In this document: positions 47,152 through 59,400 of the stretch, in pieces | Numbering within the stretch: the first letter of the stretch is position 1 | Layout of the letters: every line of letters begins with the position of its first letter | NCBI RefSeq assembly: GCF_003704095.1 | Contig: NW_020845647.1 | Coordinates: forward strand, 620,001-684,000 | Direction: 5' to 3' | From: Pocillopora damicornis | Taxonomy: Eukaryota | Length of the DNA: 64,000 bases | The notes under the pieces: model-generated | Seen by the model: only the letters and a program-made list of their open reading frames with translations | Databases searched by the model: none | Told to the model about the DNA's origin: nothing | Program-made: the position numbers and the translations under genes

Positions 47152-50100
47152 TTGGACCTGGGATGTGAAGAAAAGAATTGAGTTTAATTTCTTCATTAAC
47201 GCCTGATGTAAGTCCTTGCTGCTTGTTCTTTGATTCGCGAGAGTCGAATTTTCTTGTTTTTTTTTTTTAATTATTTTTAAGAATAACTATAATAATGATA
47301 GAAATATTATTTATAAAAATTTTACATATGACAATGATAATGATAAAAGTAGTAATATTGATTAATATTTTTATTTGAAGAGATGTTGAGGAAGCCAAAA
47401 AATGCATTGGTAAAAAATTCAGCACTGTCGTAAGTGTCAAATACAATTTTAAACCTCGATGGAATTTTATTCGTTTCTCCTTCACTGGTGCGTCTCTCTC
47501 GTAAAGCTAGAGGGTGCTTTTGAGGAGAAAACAAGTTTTCTGTTGCGTTCAACAACATTGGAAATAACAAACCGAGTATGTGGTAACAATTTTCCTGCAA
47601 TCAGGTGGGCCAGATTCTTAAATGTCCACACAAATTAAAAATAAAAAATAAATAAAAATTTTACCGATTGTTTGCTTTTTCTTCCTAGTCTAGCATATTC
47701 AGTTTTAGCTGCACATTTACTCCTCAGTCATGCTTGATTTATCGTTTAAAAGAGGGATGTTTTCTCGCTTTATAACGATGTTGTCCGAATTGCAAAGAAT
47801 GTCTATTCAAAAGCCTTATTTTTAGGAATTTTTCCAACAACCTGATTATAGTAGAAATTACAGTTGCTAAAGTCGCTTTGCCAATAGCTCTTTTTCATCT
47901 ACGAATGTCGGATAAGTTACTGTTATAGAAAGTGGAAACTTTGAGCCGATTTTTCAAATGGTTTTTGGAACTTACCTTCTGAGGGGAATCTTCAATCCAA
48001 CTTTAGAAGTGCTTAAAATGGCGAATATTATCCGCGAGTGTAGTCTTCGGGGTTAGATACGGAAATATTCTTAATATCCAGGATTGTTTAAACAGGTAGT
48101 ACTTGTATTGATTCAAGAAACAATGAGTCTTTTGAACATACTCTAATGGCTGATCAATTGACGCAGGCGACTGTATCAATTTCGTCATAAATCCGCCTTT
48201 GAATCTTTTCTGTAAACAGACTGAGTTAGGGCCTGTATTGTGCAAAAAAATTCATTCTTCTCGAAGCTTTAATCGACCTCGACAGCTGTCCACAGAAAAC
48301 AATAAGCTAAACGAGATGTTGTCTTTACTAACATTTTCGTCAGGTTCACACATTCTATAAAGAGTAAAACACTGAAGTTCGTCTATGAATAATTTTCAAA
48401 GGTAAAATAACAAAATGTTCGTATTGTTTCGCTACCCTGGATGCGTGTCAGGCATGGATGAAGCTCATTTTCCAAGTTGTTTCTGTAGCTCGATAATTGA
48501 GCACCTAGTTTGATCTTGTGCTCATGATTTTGTGGAGTTTGACAACATTTTGACAACAAGCGAACCGAACAGCTTGGAATGATAACGTCTATTTTCAACT
48601 GAAGTGGTGTTTTTTTTGGAAGAGTTAAACTTATTGCGATAACCTCCTTTAAGCTGTCGATTTTTTTTCATCGATTTTCTCTTCTACTGCTCATGTTTCA
48701 TTTGTGCCAGTTATAATACTAATACTCACTCGACTTGTTACGAATCTGTAGCGGGTGACAAAATTTCAGGATTCATTGTTTACATTTCTTTGCCTCTTTT
48801 GGAAGGTTTCAAGTGTTCCTATTTTAATTAGGACATCAAAATTGTAGTTTATCACGAGGGAAGCAACTCAACAAAGTTTTTACCCAGGATACAAATGAAT
48901 ACAACAGTGACTTGTTACACTCTGTTCTGTAATTAATGCATCTAAAAGAAATATGTCCCCGTTAAAATTCCTAAGAAAACGGCTGTCAGCTGAAGAACTT
49001 GGTGTCAATTGGCTTCTTCTTGTGAATCTTCTTTCAAATTAATGTTTACTAACCAATGACACGTCTCGCGAGTGCTGTGAAATTATACTCTTTATTTGGT
49101 CTGAGTGCGTAGTTGAGGTGGTCCTAAAAACCAGAAAGCAATTGAAGAACAAAGTTTACATGAGATGAACTGTTAACAGCTGACCTTCCTTCGATATGGA
49201 AAGACAGCTTTGGTGGAAGAGAGAATTGGACAATAAGAGATTGAGACGAAACTATTTGTGTCCTGTTTACGATCTCAACCCAGCGCCCTCTCGTTTAAAC
49301 GTTCGCTTCCCCTTCCCCGATCCCCCTCCCTCATGTTCATCCAACGAAAAAAAAATTTAGGTTAGTTAGTTTTATGTGGCAGAGTTCAAACCTGCTGAAG
49401 GATCTGCATTTTCAATCATATCTCCTTAAGTGATTATCGAAGCACAAATGCGATCAAAAACTCCAAACAATTTAGTAAAGAATACGTACGGTACTAGCTC
49501 GGAGAGAGTTTTGAGCTTCGATATCATTGCAAAAAAATTGTACGACGTCTAACTAACTAACTGGAAGCAGCAGCCAGGTCGAATCGCACCAAGGACTTAC
49601 CTACAAAAGGTTATGACAAAGTTTTACACCAACACTTAAAAACATTAAAAAATAACACGGATACAGGGCTCGAATTAAGTTGAAATTTTTCATTGTTCTC
49701 TGCTAAGAATAAAATGTTTAAGTTCAGTGATAGCTAATTGGAATCCAGCATTGAACTCTTTGGCCAGACACGAAGTCCACTACACTCCAAAAGGCCTCGC
49801 CTGACGTGATCAGTAGGGTCCAAATCGCTACTCGGCCAACGTTGCCTTCTTGGTCTAAGCTGCCGCTGACCATGGAATAAAACCGACTGCGTTCCGCGAC
49901 TTCGCAAAGCAACAAATTCACTACATGTTGGGTGACAGTGGACGCAGTTTCGTGGTAGGATTTGGAACCAATCTACAAAAAAGGCTCATCACCGTAATAG
50001 TTCTTTCCCATTGTCTCTAGTCATTTGAGACTAAACAGCCCCCAAACAAATCTGCAGTCCCTGAAGGGTGCGTATGTTAGAGGCCTGGGTATGAACGATG

Positions 50101-50293
50101 AGTCTAAGGATAGCAGAAAGGACTTTTCTAAGAACAGGGTAGCTTGTTTGTATGATGCTTTATTTGAGATTGTAGCCAAGAGGACCTGAACGCTGGCTTT
50201 CTTGTCTCCATGTAAATGCCCAAGTTTTCAATTTATGGAATAGGCTGTGCAGTATTGTTCAACTTTAGAGAGATAATTTTGATCTTGCGTTGC

Positions 50294-50449
50294 GTGGCCT
50301 TTGAGAGACAAGACGGAGTCATATTGGACTTGTGTGGCCCTTGAGAGACAAGACAGAGTTGTGTTGAACTTGTGTGGCCCTTGAGAGACAAGACAGAGTT
50401 ATATTGAACTTGTGTGGCCCTTCAGAAACAAAACGGAGTTGTATTAAAC
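50294..50449. repeat. 40-bp minisatellite, four copies
   Basis: GTGGCCCTTGAGAGACAAGACAGAGTTGTGTTGAACTTGT units start at 50294, 50334, 50374 and 50414. Confidence 0.9.
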
Positions 50450-50569
50450 GTTAGTGCATTGTAGTTTTGCATCGACCTATTCATCGTGTACCCTCCCCTC
50501 GCTGTTTGTTCGTACCTCAGTTGATATTATCAGTTGAAATTTTATAAAAGTTTATTAAAGTTCACATGG

Positions 50570-50850
50570 CAACCAGCTGGACAATCAGACATGGTTTGAT
50601 GCTGCTCTGGTTTCAAGATTTAATTGACGTAACCGAGAAGTTACAATTCATAGACCCAACGCTTCGACACACCTGTATAGTGCCTTCATCAGGGGTTATC
50701 TAAACGCTGCAACAAGAGGTCCTCTTATACGCTCACTAATTATCTACCCTTTTTCATGACGAGGTGTAAATAGGCGTCATGGAGTAAGCCGCCATGGTCG
50801 CGAGTTAAAGGAGCGTGGGTGGAATTGATATGCCAGGCTACCAAACAGTA
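50570..50850 (-). mobile_element. 3' fragment of a Penelope-like retroelement
   Basis: The minus strand encodes CLVAWHINSTHAPLTRDHGGLLHDAYLHL, resembling the EAWHI...LNRDxG C-terminus of Penelope-type GIY-YIG endonucleases. A hammerhead motif follows. The left boundary is approximate. Confidence 0.65.
50654..50696 (-). ncRNA. Minimal type I hammerhead ribozyme motif (variant core)
   Basis: ACCC CUGAUGA A GGCAC UAUACAGGU GUGUC GAAG CG UU GGGU. Helix I is ACCC/GGGU, helix II is GGCAC/GUGUC, and the core reads GAAG instead of GAAA. Confidence 0.6.
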
Positions 50851-53450
50851 AACAGAGGGGAACAAGGGAATTTTTCATTTTGAAACCATTGGGCCGATTT
50901 TTCACCAATTTGATATTTATCCTCACACTGTTTCCAAGCAAAGCAAGACACAGTAGCAAAAGTAACATCTTTATCTGACAGAAATGTGTTCCCTGTGCAA
51001 GGAATTTTTTCCAGGTTTGAAAAGAATTAAAAAAAAATCTAAAATGAGAATTGAAAACCTAGGGATTGTCATCCTCTCTGGTTTAAACTTATTTTAAGAC
51101 TGCATTTTTCTGTAAGCCTTCATTGGGTATACCATTTTGTTGGCCAAATATGGCAGTTTATATGATACAATCATGTCTTTAAGAAAGGAGAAAATTTACC
51201 TAATTTTATGGACAGTCAGAATTCTTCAAAGGCAATTTCCCCGAAATCAAACAGTGTTTTCAATACCAGACACCGTTTAAACAGCCGAACGAAACAATGG
51301 CTCACTAACAATGATTATTTTGAACTGTGAAAATTGTCAAACAGTGACGCAGACATCTGCAACGTCCTGCTACTGGGTTAGTTTTCTTTATTCAGCTCTG
51401 TAAATATTGAAGAAGTTTAAGCATCAAAACTGAACATTGTAGTGTTATAGGCGGATTAAAAGCATAAATGGTTAGCACTGTTTTTTATTTATCTTGGTTT
51501 CAAGGTTGATTATTGGCTTTCAAAAAAAGACACCGAGGCATTATTTTTAAAATGAAAAATTAATCTAAAAACAATATTAAAATCTTCAATTTTTCCGCCT
51601 TGTACTCCTGTACCTCTTGAGCCGCTTCATGTAATTTATTAGGCATGCGCAGTTGATCCCTAGTGCCCTAGTAGCATGTAGTGGTATTGATCATCAAATC
51701 ATTGTGATACTGTGATTGCTCCGATTGGTCAGCAACTTATCATGTATTGTATCAAAAAACGAATAGAAACTGGATTATTTTGAATTCATTTACGGCGTAA
51801 GCACGGCGCTCCTGTTGTTGTGTTTTTTGATCGTGGGCATCCACGCCAAAATAAACTGCTGATGAAACAGAAGAAAACAAATAAAAACATGCTTCGAAAG
51901 TTCTTCTGTCATCTTCAATTCTGAATAATACAAAGTACAAAGTTGAATTTAAAGTGTGTTACAAAATGCTGATTGGACAAATACAATTTTGGCTTTTAAA
52001 TCTCGAATCAAGTGAAAATACGGCTATACAAAAAACATTGTTTGTATAATTTCGTTAAATGCTAGGAAACTAAACTTTGGAAAACAAATTTACAAAGGTA
52101 CTCACATATCAGTCCCGCTTGTGCCAAAGGTTTAAGAAAACGAAAGGACGAAATTTCACCAAGGCCATACTCATAAACTTACGAAGAACTGATTACAGGG
52201 ACGCTAAACTCGCTTTTCACATGCGCGTGGTGACGCTGAAAGGTCCGATTACAAAACCAGTAGAAACATAGACAAACGGATGAACATTGTAACTATGTTC
52301 GTAATCAATTTACTAAAAGTGAGCCTTCTGGGTAGTGTCCTTAACATATGTTTACGTGGTCAAACTTACTTTAGATACCCATTCACAAATCAACTTCCTT
52401 TTCCCTCGTCCTCGTATAACTTAATAAGTCAAAAATTCCAAAATCTTTCTTTTCCTCTATCGTTCATCTTCTGCGTCTTGACAGAAAATTGCAAAACTAC
52501 AATTTTTCACTTCATCTAGTCTCCTTTATTGAATTAGTGCAATCCCCTCGGCGCGGGCGGTGAACCACTTAGAATGTAATCTGGGTACGAGTTAGCATTC
52601 GGTCAGCTGACTGGTCAGCTGTCATTTGCCAAAATGATATCCCATAATGATAAGCACGCGGGAGTACGGATTCGTGTAGTTTCCTTTGGTAGTATTCTGT
52701 AAATTCTTTTCTTTTCTCTATGGTTTGACCATTTAAGAAGTGTTCCTTTCCTTCCTGGATGATCAGAGGAAGGGGAGAAGCCAAAAATTTTGAGGTTGCT
52801 CTGAAATAAGGTAAATATTGTCTTAGTTTCGAATGGCGCGTGGTATCTGGAACTAATTCAAGAACGACAATCGAGCGAGTTATCTTATGGAGTGGATCGT
52901 AATTAAGTCGTTTGATATGAGTATATAAAAGCTTTTCGCGATTGTTCAACAAATAGGCTGTTTCTAAAAGGGGAAGACTTTCGGAAACACCAACACATTG
53001 TATTTGACCTGGTATCCGCGAATCGGTCGGCTTCAGACACTGGTCAGTTGTGTTTTTGATCCCGTTTAAGTTGTCAGCGAATTTTCCTTGGCTAGCTTAA
53101 CCTTGGCTACTATTAAAAAGATTATGGTAGTCTTAATTTTTGGACTTTCTTTTGGGTTATTTCCACTACATCGACTTTCTTTTGGAAGCGTATTTGGGAG
53201 TAATATCATGGCTTGTTTATTGCTGGAAATTAAAAAAAAATCCTGGTATCAGTCGACAAGAACTGTTATTGCTTGACAAAACAAAGATAATGATTATGAG
53301 TTCTTACCTGAAGGCTTTTTCATTGAACCAAGGAAGTCCGAAATGCATGATTTTTCATTGGCAAAGCAGAACATTCTCAGTTTTGATTTCTTTTTTCAGT
53401 TTGTCTTGTTGATAACAAGTGTTTTTTTTTCAATTTCCAGTAAAAGCAAC

Positions 53451-56400
53451 ATGAACTCTGATCTAAAAGTGGCTCCTAATGATAAGAAAGACACAAGGTT
53501 CCGTGATAATCGTAAGGGATCCCCTGAGCGATGGGGCAAGCCAGGGAGACGTGAAAATACCCCACCTAAGGAGACCAACAGAAGTGACCCTCACTCTATT
53601 AGGTGTCGTGTTTTCATCGGTAACCTTCAGATGAGCCGCAAGGAGCTTGAAGATATTTTTGCTCAGTATGGCAAAGTAGTGGGCTGCTCTGTTCATAATA
53701 ACTATGGTTTTGTACAATTTGAAGATGAAAAGTCAGCTGATGCTGCAGTTGCAAAAGAAAATGGCCAAGTTTATTATGGCAAAAGAGTAGGTGAGTCAGT
53801 GGAGAAAAAAGTTCCAGCAAGAGCACAGTGTATAGCAATTTAACATGGGGTCAAATGTTGCCGTGGAGCTTTAGATAAAAATTTGAAATAACAGTTTTTT
53901 TTGTCCCACAGTATTAACAATGGCCAAATTTTAATGGGGTTTTACATAAGGAAAAGTGACACTTTCTTAAAAGCTTTTAAACTAAACAAATCTCTAACAT
54001 TTACATAACAACATCTTGAACAGCCCAGGCCTGGTGAACAAGGTCCATTGTTCTCAGCTTCCTTTGCTTTGCTGTGTGTCTAAGAGGCTCTTGGTGATGT
54101 CTTTGAATTATTAAAATTGCAGATGTCAACTTAGCTGGTGATAGAAGAAAGGAAAAGATGGAAGACAGACCACGCGACAGAGACTCAAGACCACCCTTCC
54201 CTTTCAACAGGAGAGAAAGAGAATTTGACCGTGAAGGAAACAGACAATTTAGAAAATCTCCTCCACGTGACAGACCAAGATTTGAAGATTATGATCGCTT
54301 CCCATCACGGTTTGAACCACCTCCTTTTGATCGGCGAGGGAGGTCTCCATCTCCACCTCCACCTCGGAGAATGGATGACCGCCCTTATGGTGGTGGTAGA
54401 AATGATGATTTCTACATGCGAGACAGATACAGGAATGAACCCCCTCCCAGGGAGCCATATCCACGACATGGGTTTGATCACAGAGGTGATCCATATGACA
54501 GAGATCGGAGGGATCCATATGATTCTCCTAGGGGCCCATACCCAGACAGAAGGGATGATCGATTTGATCGGTATGACTCCTATGGAAGGGATGGTCGTGA
54601 CAGCCGAGAATACCCACGACCTGGAGATTATCCAGGTCCAGCTAAGAGGCCAAGAATGGATTACGATGGTCCTGATGATATTTACAGCAGTAGCAAAACT
54701 ATAGAGGCTCCAACTGACTGTGTTATAGTAGTCATGAACAAACAACAAAGGTATTTGCTGCAAAGTGCCATTTCATTGTCAGTCATTTGATGACAATATA
54801 TTTTTTTAGGTAGAACTGAGAAAAAGCTCTAATTTTTTATTTTCATTTTGTTCTCAAGAAAGATGATATTTGTGAGGGTTTTATTCAGCACACCATTTTG
54901 CTGTTGTTGGTGTAATGATGACCTTCAACTTTCGCAGGTGTGCAAGATCAACTTGTGAGCTTATTAGCAGCAGTGGAAACAATATCAGCCACAGTTGTCA
55001 GTCAACTCTCAAACATCTTGCACATTAAAATTTTAAGGAAATGAGCAAACATTATGACATGTTTTTCTCAAAAGCTCTTAGAATGTTTTGGGGGCCCAAA
55101 CCTCATTATAAAGTTGTAAAGAAAACTCCATTGTTTCTCAAGATTCTTCCAGTATTCTTGGAGAAATAAGTATTTTTCCCTTCTTGTTTGCCCTTGGAAA
55201 GCATTGCTGTAATTTCTCTTCTAGGAAATGATTTCTGTTGAGTGTGTCCAATGTAAATTGAACAACTGTAGATGGGATATTTGACAAAAGCATGCCAGTG
55301 TTGCTAGGTGGTCTTTAGTTTAATACAAGTAGATTCCCTGTTTGGTAAAGGGATTTTTAGTTTTAGCCCCACCTTGTCAGGAATCAGAACTGACCTGAAC
55401 AAATTCCTTTCAGTAGGTAGGCTCTTGACACCTTTTGTCCTTCAGAATTTTTAATGACCCTCCCATGATGTGGGTATGGATATTTCCTTCAGTCCAGGAA
55501 TTGCCTATATTCATTTACAAGTACTTTCTTTGTCTTCTATGCAGAGGCTATGCAGAACTGGTTCAAAGAAGACTGAAGTCTGTTGGACTGGTGGTAGATC
55601 TGCACTTTCATGGAACTCAACCAATTGTAGAACTCTTGGATGATGTTGCACGGCGTGGCGTGTTGTATGCAATAGTGATAACCAGCCAACACGAGGTGCA
55701 TCGCTCTGTGACTGTCAACATTCTGCATGGATCACCCCAAGGTAAAGATGAAACACCCCTTGCAGGGAAAACAACACATGCTGGTAAGGGGTTTATGGGG
55801 GGTAGGACAAAAGTATTCAAACTTAAATCATAGTGGCAAAACTCAGGAATATGATAAAAATGTTCTAATTACCTAATTTTCAGGGCTTTCAGATGGGAGG
55901 CTTTTATGAAGGGAGGGCCTGCTAAACACTCTTTAAGAGTAAAAATACTAGGAATTATTTTCCTTCTGAATTGTCTCCCAGCTTCACTGAATACAATTAA
56001 AGGTTGGTTTTCTTTGTTTGAAAAAGCTGCACTATTTAAAGCATATAAAATTACCATAGGCTTTCAAAAACAATTACATTCAATGGTGAATTGTTGCCTT
56101 GCTCAAATGACTAACAACATCAAAGTATAAGTGGTATCATGATAATTGCACTGTCATTATGCCTGGTGTTTTTAGCAAGAAATTATTGTTTTGGGGGAAG
56201 ATGTGAGGAGAGGGTTCATAAACAACTGGCTCATTAGGGTATTTACATGCAAATCAGTTTGCTTACAGCAAGTTAGATTTGAACTTCATCCTAACCCACA
56301 ACACGATGATTGTTGGCCACCATGCATGTGTATCAGACATAAGGTATGGTATGAACCCTGAGTCAAAGTGATTCATCGCATATAAATATGCTTACTTGAA

Positions 56401-59400
56401 CTCAGAGCCATACTTGGATTTCTTTGGCATAATTATGATCTTTTGTAAACCCAGATACAAAAGGTTTTTTTTAATCTTTGATATTATTTTATCTTTCTTT
56501 TATATTGAGAATAAAACATGCTTTCTTTGTTATGATTTTGTATACTGTAAAACTTTCATATAATTTAGCTATCAATCAGGGAATGGATTGTTAGGTGGAT
56601 GATCCTTGTATACATGTATATACGACTTACAACTAAAGTGGTGCAATTTGTGTGAATTGCAATCTCTTTTTATTTACCTCTATATATTTGTTCAACATTT
56701 ATTTCTCATATGGTTAATGATCAATATACAATATTGATACAGCAGTGCAATTTATTTATCCCTTACCCAAAACACAGTTACAATTGTCTCAGTATTATAA
56801 AATAATGATAATGAATGGTTACTGACAGACCAAAGTAACCTTAATTAGTTCTAAATTCAAGGTTGCTAATTAATTATGTAATTTTCCTGTGAGTAAAAAC
56901 TCTATAAAAAATTAGCTTGTCACATTGTTATTAACCCCATCATTCACTCCTTTACCACCACCACCACTACTTACTATTATTAATTTCAATTCTATTATTA
57001 GTATTATTGTTGTGATTGATGTGTGACTGTTTGAATGCTGTAGTCTACATTCTTGACATTCTATTACAAATTATTCCTTCTTTGTGATAAGTTATCTTAA
57101 CATGTCCTGCTTGCTTCTTTTAGTCAAATTCTTGTCATTTGAGCAAGAGAATTTAAACTATATTTTTTTTTTGACAAAGCAAGATGGATATAAACAAAGT
57201 TTTTGGAACAGACTGTTATCTCAACAAAGTCTTTCCTGTTTTCTTTTGAATTTTTTTTATGATAATATGGGAGTTGCAATTACTGTAACTGTCTTGCATG
57301 AGCAAGGACAGAAAGACAATATACAAGCTTGACATATTCCATGAGAGGTAGGAATGGGCACATATTTTGACAAAAATAAAGCGTAATAAATGATATACCA
57401 CATTGACCCAGCACCCTGTATGACAGTACATACAACAAAGTCATTTACTTTGTATTTTGTAGTGGTTCATGGTTAAATGAAAAAAAAACACAAACACAAA
57501 CCATTACAAACCACTGTAATGATTACTTTTCAAATTAGAGATGACACTGACTACTTTGTCACTTAGGAAGAGTTCACCTACTCGGTAGACACTGAAATTC
57601 CTTGTGGGACAATTTTTTCTTATTTTGCTTTAGTTTTGTAAATGTGAAATGTAACAAGTATTGGTGTCTTTCCAGTGAGTTCAGTTGCTATTCTATTTCA
57701 AGTTACTCCACCAGCACTTTGGTACATTGCAGAGCTTATTATTTATTACACAGGTGTTCTTATTATTGTTCTATAATTATACTCGTGATTTAATTTACTT
57801 GGTTTGGAAGAAACTGAAAGACCCTAGCATCTTCTGTCTCTTAAACCTCATTACTCTTCAACCACCTACAGAATATTATTCTCTCTTTCTCATTACAACT
57901 TAAGATGATTAAATTTTGCATAGTGACAATGATCTAAGGGTGAGTTACACATGATTGTCAAATGACAGGGTCATGAACACAGAGATCTGCTTTGTAAATA
58001 TTTTTATTAAATTTTTTATAAATGATGTTTCTACATGTAGACTCTCTTATAGGCTTAGCTGAAGTATATTTAACCAAACTATAGAAATTATCCTTCTGTG
58101 TGTGGTTGTTGTTAACTGAAAATGGTTGACAAATATTTAGATGTCGTGTGTTTCATAAACTCTCAACTTATTGACATTCTTTCATAATTTAAAACCTAGA
58201 AGTTTCCTAGAACCGGTAAGTTGTCAGTAATTAAACATCACGCGCAATGTAGGGATCACGTTATTGGGGAGTTATTTACGGAAATGAAATGTTATGACTG
58301 AAAACTTTTAGAAGGTTTCATTTTCAAGGGTCATAAACCATAGAGAAAAAAACTCTTATACGGGCTTAAAACTAATTTTCGTTTTTTCGTTAATATTTAG
58401 CTTGTGAGCTTTGTTTTTTCAAACAATATTTAAACTATTTTTAAGTTTTATCATGGCATGTACTTGTGTGTGCTTGCTGTGCTAATTAATTTATTTGCTA
58501 TGAGTGGGCTCGACTTTGTTAATACACCGTTTGATTATGCATTTGTATGATGGGCCGTAATCCATGTGCAATATTTCTTTTAAATCATCTGTGGCATGTG
58601 TGGGTAATAAAAAGTTGGGCTGGGAAGTAAAATTATAAATTCTTTATCAGCGTAGCACATCACCAAAACCAGCATCCACAAGAGGAAAACATTGATTTTT
58701 TTTGTTTCATGACCTGTTGTCATCTCTTGTTTCAACTTGAGACCCATTTTATCTCCATACAGAGCATAGAAACATGCCTCTTGATGATGCTATGAGACTC
58801 GTTGGTCAAAATTTTGATCAGTACATGCAAGATCTACGTGAAAGAGCGAAAGCTAGCAGTGTTCAGGGAAGTAGCAAAGATGTCGGTGAGACAGTTTCCA
58901 AAGAAGAAAAATCATCCGAGATATCATCCCTTTTGAGTAAAGCTGCAGCTGGTGGGAACCTTTCTTCAGACCAGTTAGCAAAGCTGATTGATGATTTGTC
59001 GAAACGCCAGCAAGAAGTTGTAGGAAGCACCTCAACAGCCAATGGCAAGGGAGGTAAAAATTCACCACGTGATTTTTTTTCTCTGCAGTCATCCAACCTT
59101 TGTCACCATGGTCTTGGAAGCTAAGTCAGCTTTATTCAGATGTACTGCGATTTTTTTGTCTTGACTGGAAATTAGATGTGCATCGTGTGGTGCCGATTCA
59201 CTTTACATCAAAACTTATTTCTTCACATTGCATTACAGATACTAAAATTGTGTAGGAAATTGAAATTTCGGCTCCAATTTCTCTGTTGGCCTGAAAACAA
59301 GAGCAAATTAAGACAACAGAGTTTTTCTCAAAGGGTAATGAACATACTATTTATCTTCTTAAATCTGTAACATCCTTGCCATAGCTGAAAATAGCTAAAA

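Larger units (their letters stand above)
49722..50968 (-). pseudogene. Rearranged GH9 pseudogene
   Basis: 50968-50870 matches the signal peptide and CBM start. 50292-50141 and 49753-49722 match the two ends of exon 3 on the minus strand. 49755-50140 is the exon-3 middle, inverted, with stops (HYTPKGLA*RDQ*GPNRYSAN). Confidence 0.85.

Noticed and set aside
50294-50449. Regular repeats as a CRISPR array
   Set aside because: The units are contiguous 40-mers without unique spacers, in eukaryotic DNA with no cas genes.
52569-52952. 127-aa minus-strand ORF upstream of NCOA5
   Set aside because: It has a non-ATG start, no recognisable motif, and overlaps the probable NCOA5 promoter and 5' UTR exon (donor near 52810).
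55742-58762. Intronic C/D-box snoRNAs in NCOA5
   Set aside because: Scattered TGATGA and CTGA words occur, but no convincing box pair with a terminal stem was found.
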